Shown: positions 59,949 to 64,000 of the stretch, one piece after another
How the letters are laid out: each line of letters opens with the position of its first letter
Numbering within the stretch: position 1 is the stretch's first letter
DNA from: Candidatus Wirthbacteria bacterium
GTDB taxonomy: Bacteria; Patescibacteriota; CG2-30-54-11
Direction: 5' to 3'
Length of the DNA stretch: 64,000 nt
Assembly (NCBI GenBank): GCA_903889905.1
Contig: CAISZI010000040.1
Span: forward strand, 64,148-128,147
Notes under the pieces: generated by a model
The model's input: only the letters and a program-made list of their open reading frames with translations
The model's database searches: none
What the model was told of the DNA's origin: nothing
Made by a program: the position numbers and the translations under genes

Positions 59949-60241
59949 TCTGCGTTGACGTCACCGGCGGCCTGGTTCATGTCGATCACGGTGTTGAGAT
60001 CTTCAACGAGTTGGACAATATCGTCCTCGGTCATACCATGTGCATGCGCGCCCTGATCGAGACTTTCAAATTGTGCGGCCATACAGCCGAGGCAATGGAA
60101 GCCGTAACTCATAAGGATTTCAGCGGTTTCTGGATAGGTGTTAACAATTTTCATAATGCCCATGTCGCGCGTCACCAGGGACGGAGTGATAGACTGAGGC
60201 TTGTGGGCAGGAGTTTGAGGTGAACCGGTTGGAATGGTCAT
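59945..60241 (-). CDS. DUF1858-like small redox/disulfide protein (hybrid-cluster-protein-associated family), tentative
   Basis: IMKIVNTYPETAEILMSYGFHCLGCMAAQFESLDQGAHAHGMTEDDIVQLVEDLN fits the DUF1858 pattern. The start is possibly at the internal Met (~60163). Confidence 0.5.
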   Translation of the reverse strand: MTIPTGSPQTPAHKPQSITPSLVTRDMGIMKIVNTYPETAEILMSYGFHCLGCMAAQFESLDQGAHAHGMTEDDIVQLVEDLNTVIDMNQAAGDVNAD

Positions 60242-60255
60242 GGCAATATCTGCGA

Positions 60256-61755
60256 TTAATGAAACGAAATAGTGCGTTGCATTATAGCTGCTGATGCAGG
60301 TGCAAGTAAAATAGTAAAGAATTCCAAAAGCAAACGCAATCCATATCCGGTTGCTCCATGACTCAGTGCGTCTTCACCAAAGGCAACTCCGGCGATGTCA
60401 AGGTGCGCCCAATTCATGTCCTTGGCGAAATGTGCCAAAAAAGCGCCGCCAATGCTGGCTCCAGCAATAGGTTTGGAGGCAATGTTGGCCATGTCAGCCA
60501 CGGTGCTTTGCAGTAATTCGTCATATTCGGGCCAGAGCGGCAGAGGCCAGAGTCGTTCCCCGGTTTGGGCCGCAGCCTGGCAAAGTTGGGTTTTGAGCGC
60601 TTCCTGGTTGGTCATCAGTCCAGCCGCTTCATGTCCAAGCGCCACAATGCAGGCGCCGGTCAGGGTCGCCAGATCGATGACATAATCGGGTTGGAAACGT
60701 CTGGCATAGGTGAGAGCGTCGGCCAGTACCAGACGACCTTCCGCATCGGTATTGAGAATTTCAACACTGGTGCCATCCATGCAGGTAATGATGTCGCCGG
60801 GTTTGTACGCCTTGCTCCCGGGCATGTTATCCGTAAGCGGCAGCAGCCCAAGCAAATGTATGGGCGTCTGGTTTAACGCCGCGGCATAGATGGTGCCCAA
60901 TACGGTAGCCGCACCAGCCATATCCATTTTCATTTCGTGCATGTCCTTGCCGGGTTTGAGGGAAATACCACCGCTGTCGAAAGTGATACCTTTGCCCACC
61001 AGCGCCACGGTGGGGGAGTCTTTGAAATCCGCTCCGTATTCGAGAACAACAAATTGGGGTTCCTGTTTGCTGCCCTGACTTACGGCAAGCAACCCGCCCA
61101 TTTTTTCTGCGACAATGGCTGCGTGATCCAGAACCGTAACCTGGAAACCAGTTTCTTTCCCTAATTGTATTGCCATTGCCGCGACAAATTGCGGTGTCAG
61201 CACGTTGCTCGGTTCATTGACCAGGTCGCGGATCAGTTGCACTGCATCCAGTGTGATTTGACCAGCAAGCACTGGCAACGGTGCCGCAGTCAGAACATGG
61301 ATTTCCTGAATTCCCGCATACGTTTTATCCGTATCGGCATGTTTGTATTTGTCAAAGCGATACGCGCCCCATGCCAACGCTGTGCCACAGAGCTGGAGTG
61401 TTGACTGGTCGGCCTCAACCGGCAGTGCCAGCGTTACTGCTTTGAGCTGATGTTTAACGGCGGATTGTCCCGCTTTGGCCATGGTTTGAAAGAGTTGATA
61501 GTTTTCGATGGTCTTAGCGCCAAGGCCCACCAGCAGAATGCGCGGTAAAACAGCGTCACTACTTTGGAAAAATTGCATTTGGCCAAGTTTGAAAGTGTCT
61601 TTGTCCTGGCTGAAAAGTGGGATTGTCTGGCGCAGATCAATGGGGAGTTTTGCCAACCAGAGTTCCAGATCATGGCTTCCCTGGCGAATGGGCAAAATCA
61701 GCAGGTCGGTTGGCGCGAGTGCGGTAATGTTTTTGATTTGCATGGTTTGTTTCAA
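60256..61755 (-). CDS. pepA: Leucyl aminopeptidase (M17 family)
   Basis: NTDAEGRLVLADAL is the M17 signature. The metal ligands (K, D, D, E) are in context. Confidence 0.9.
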   Translation of the reverse strand: MKQTMQIKNITALAPTDLLILPIRQGSHDLELWLAKLPIDLRQTIPLFSQDKDTFKLGQMQFFQSSDAVLPRILLVGLGAKTIENYQLFQTMAKAGQSAVKHQLKAVTLALPVEADQSTLQLCGTALAWGAYRFDKYKHADTDKTYAGIQEIHVLTAAPLPVLAGQITLDAVQLIRDLVNEPSNVLTPQFVAAMAIQLGKETGFQVTVLDHAAIVAEKMGGLLAVSQGSKQEPQFVVLEYGADFKDSPTVALVGKGITFDSGGISLKPGKDMHEMKMDMAGAATVLGTIYAAALNQTPIHLLGLLPLTDNMPGSKAYKPGDIITCMDGTSVEILNTDAEGRLVLADALTYARRFQPDYVIDLATLTGACIVALGHEAAGLMTNQEALKTQLCQAAAQTGERLWPLPLWPEYDELLQSTVADMANIASKPIAGASIGGAFLAHFAKDMNWAHLDIAGVAFGEDALSHGATGYGLRLLLEFFTILLAPASAAIMQRTISFH

Positions 61756-62375
61756 TTTAAAGGAATAACTTGATTAAATATTTTTTCATGGCCGATCGTA
61801 CTTGACTTGCCATGCCCTGGATAGAGCGGCGTGGCATCTGGATGTTCTCGGTAAAGTGTTAAAACAGAGTTTTGCAGTGCGTCCAACGAACCACCGCTGA
61901 GATCGGTTCGCCCCACCGTTTCATGAAAAAGCGTGTCACCGCTGAATAAGCACTGCGCAATCAAAAAACAGCAACTGCCTGGCGTGTGGCCTGGCGTTTC
62001 AATCAGCTTGATCTGACCGCTGAGCTTGACTGGCAGTTGGTTGACCAACCTTGATGTTGCGATTGGTAGAAATGGGCCCAGGCCAAAACTGGCGGCTTGT
62101 GTTTCAAGGTTTTCGACCAGGAGCTGATCGCTGGCGTGCACAAAAACCGGCACATCATACGCATCTGCCATTGCAGCGGCTTGAGCACAGTGGTCAATGT
62201 GGCCATGCGTCAGCAGAATCAGGCTGGGCGTCAGTTGATTGTCATCCAGGTACTGCCTCAAACGCGTAATCTCATAGCCAGGATCGATCACAACCGTCGT
62301 CCTGTCCGGCAAAGTTACGACATAACAGTTGGTACCAATTGGACCAACTGTCAAAGATTTGAATTTTAGCGGCAT
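61752..62375 (-). CDS. MBL-fold metallo-hydrolase (glyoxalase II-like)
   Basis: LLTHGHIDH is the HxHxDH motif. 207 aa. It overlaps the pepA start. Confidence 0.8.
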   Translation of the reverse strand: MPLKFKSLTVGPIGTNCYVVTLPDRTTVVIDPGYEITRLRQYLDDNQLTPSLILLTHGHIDHCAQAAAMADAYDVPVFVHASDQLLVENLETQAASFGLGPFLPIATSRLVNQLPVKLSGQIKLIETPGHTPGSCCFLIAQCLFSGDTLFHETVGRTDLSGGSLDALQNSVLTLYREHPDATPLYPGHGKSSTIGHEKIFNQVIPLN

Positions 62376-62390
62376 TGTTTTGGTTTGAGA

Positions 62391-63356
62391 TTAGGCGGCA
62401 ACGATGGCCGTCGTGTGGGTTGGAAGCGACGCTTTGAGCAAATTGGCATTGAAACCGGCGGCTTTATTATGTCCGCCGCCACCAAAAACCGCAGCATAAT
62501 ACGAGGCGTCCACGCCTTCCTGGGTGCGGATACTGCCTTTGACCATGCCGTTTTCACGTTCCGAGAGGATCACGGTCATTTTGATTTTGGGAATACCATG
62601 CATGAGATTGATCAGTCCTTCGATGTCCTTGGCTTCGGCACCGCTTTGTTTGAAGTCATCCTGGCTGATAAAAACCCAGCTGATGCCATTGGCTTCGTCA
62701 ACATTGAGCTTGTTGAGCGCAATCCCCCAGAGTTTGAGCATGGGCAGGAGTTTTTTTTGAAACAGTTGGTAGGCAATTTCGTTGTGTTGGACTTCGTGCA
62801 GCATCAGGTTGGCGCTCACGTCCATAACGGTGGAGGTCGTATTGGAATGTTGAAAACTGCCTGTATCAAAGTACAGCGCCGTCATCAGGTAAGTGGCATA
62901 ATCCTGGTCAAAATCAGCGCCCAGTGAATTCAGGATATAAAACATGATTTCACCAACCGAGGCGGCTTTGGGGTCGATCAGGGCGAGGCGGCCAAAACGG
63001 CTATTGGTATGATGATGATCAATGTTGATGATCGGGGTGTTTTCGAAGAATTCAGTGAATTGCGGATAAAAACCCGTCATGGTTTTGAGGTCAGCTACAT
63101 CCACAGTGATGATCAGGTCATAATCACTCGGGTTAATCGTGTTTTGGATGCAGTCGATATCGGTGAGGTAGCTGTACTGTGGACTGGGTTTGTGAAAGCA
63201 GGCAACGGTCGTCTTGATATCATTGGAGAGGAGAAACTTGCGCAGTGCCAGATTTGAGCCGAGTGTGTCACCATCAGGATTGATATGCGCAATTTGGAGA
63301 ATGGAAGTACTTTGGTCAATCAGGTCAATAAAGTCGTCCAGTGGATAGCTTTTCAT
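62391..63356 (-). CDS. nrnA: DHH/DHHA1 phosphoesterase, NrnA-like (oligoribonuclease / pAp phosphatase)
   Basis: IAHINPDGDTLGS, IDHHHTN (the DHH motif) and a GGGH-containing DHHA1 C-terminus are present. Confidence 0.8.
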   Translation of the reverse strand: MKSYPLDDFIDLIDQSTSILQIAHINPDGDTLGSNLALRKFLLSNDIKTTVACFHKPSPQYSYLTDIDCIQNTINPSDYDLIITVDVADLKTMTGFYPQFTEFFENTPIINIDHHHTNSRFGRLALIDPKAASVGEIMFYILNSLGADFDQDYATYLMTALYFDTGSFQHSNTTSTVMDVSANLMLHEVQHNEIAYQLFQKKLLPMLKLWGIALNKLNVDEANGISWVFISQDDFKQSGAEAKDIEGLINLMHGIPKIKMTVILSERENGMVKGSIRTQEGVDASYYAAVFGGGGHNKAAGFNANLLKASLPTHTTAIVAA

Positions 63357-63408
63357 GCAAAAACCTATTTAAGTTGGGTATCAAAATAGCACCAATTTTG
63401 ACCCTGTG

Positions 63409-64000
63409 TCAAGCTTTGGAATGCGTTACGGTTGTTGCCGGGGCTTGCCGGATTTTGCGCATGGAGAGCAGGATCACTGCGCCAAAGGTGATCAGGAGCA
63501 GCGAAGTGAGCTGGGCAAATTTAAAAGGGCCGAGGACGGTGTTCTCGTCGATGCGGATAAATTCCATCACAAATCGAATCAAGCCGTAGCCTATCAGGTA
63601 CATGGCAAAGATCGATCCAGGCCGCTGCAGCATTTTCTTGGCCACAACGATCAGGCCGATAGCAAGCAGCACGTCCAGGATTGACTCATATAAAAAAGCG
63701 GGATGATAATAAGCGACATCAAAATACGTGGGCAGACGGTGGAACTGGTCGATGAAGATTTTCCACGGTAAATTGGTGGGTGACCCGTAGAGTTCCTGGT
63801 TGAAAAAATTACCCCAGCGGCCAATCGCCTGTCCCAGCGCCACGGAAGGAACCGCCAGATCGAGAATGCGCCACAAGTTAAGCTTGTAACGACGGCAATA
63901 AAGCAAAATTCCTGCAGCCGCAAACAGCAACGCACCATGAATGGCCAGACCCCCGGCACGCAAATTGCCTACTTGGCGCCAATCCCGGCTGTAGTAACTC
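63409..64000 (-). CDS. lgt: Prolipoprotein diacylglyceryl transferase; its N-terminus lies beyond the window end
   Basis: GRWGNFFNQELYG is the Lgt signature. The listed ORF begins at an internal Met; the conserved N-terminal region is missing from the window. Confidence 0.8.
   Translation of the reverse strand, partial: SYYSRDWRQVGNLRAGGLAIHGALLFAAAGILLYCRRYKLNLWRILDLAVPSVALGQAIGRWGNFFNQELYGSPTNLPWKIFIDQFHRLPTYFDVAYYHPAFLYESILDVLLAIGLIVVAKKMLQRPGSIFAMYLIGYGLIRFVMEFIRIDENTVLGPFKFAQLTSLLLITFGAVILLSMRKIRQAPATTVTHSKA

Overview
This is a gene-dense bacterial chromosomal window of about 50% GC that uses the standard genetic code (TGA ends hisD). Start/stop overlaps are common, so many genes look translationally coupled. 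I found no rRNA, CRISPR array, integrase or transposase. Most of the sequence is housekeeping genes. On the plus strand: a histidine operon (1923-12533), a TraG/VirD4-like ATPase, a DinG exonuclease-helicase, secA, an ExeA/MshM-like ATPase, a DsbA-like protein, a Pol-beta-type nucleotidyltransferase, an M16 peptidase, infC-rpmI-rplT-pheS, miaA, nrdR, clpB, metG and pyrG. On the minus strand: a CorC/HlyC transporter, a peroxiredoxin, a HAD hydrolase, mutY, sodA, pgl, zwf, gnd, tkt, pgi, comFC, vanW, pepA, an MBL hydrolase, nrnA and a partial lgt. There are three tRNAs: Arg-ACG, Ser-TGA and Pro-CGG. The most unusual feature is the his operon. It is a single translationally coupled string: hisG-hisD-HAD-kinaselike-hisC-hisA-hisH-X1-X2-hisF-hisIE. 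No hisB (imidazoleglycerol-phosphate dehydratase) is present. Four non-canonical genes are embedded in it: a HAD phosphatase, an APH-like kinase-fold protein, and two tandem paralogous Trp-rich proteins (X1, X2) with no recognisable family. The second notable feature is a family of palindromic MITE/REP-like elements with GTCATTGCGAG / GTCATTCTGAG termini. One is a perfect 17-bp-arm palindrome between hisF and hisIE. A four-unit tandem array of about 110-140 bp hairpin units (15418-15939) lies between the TraG-like ATPase and dinG; compensatory base changes between its units conserve stem pairing. Smaller observations: infC starts at ATA/ATT; pheS has no downstream pheT; tRNA-Arg is followed by a 23-nt duplicate of its own 3' end; and there is an orphan Phd/YefM-like antitoxin.
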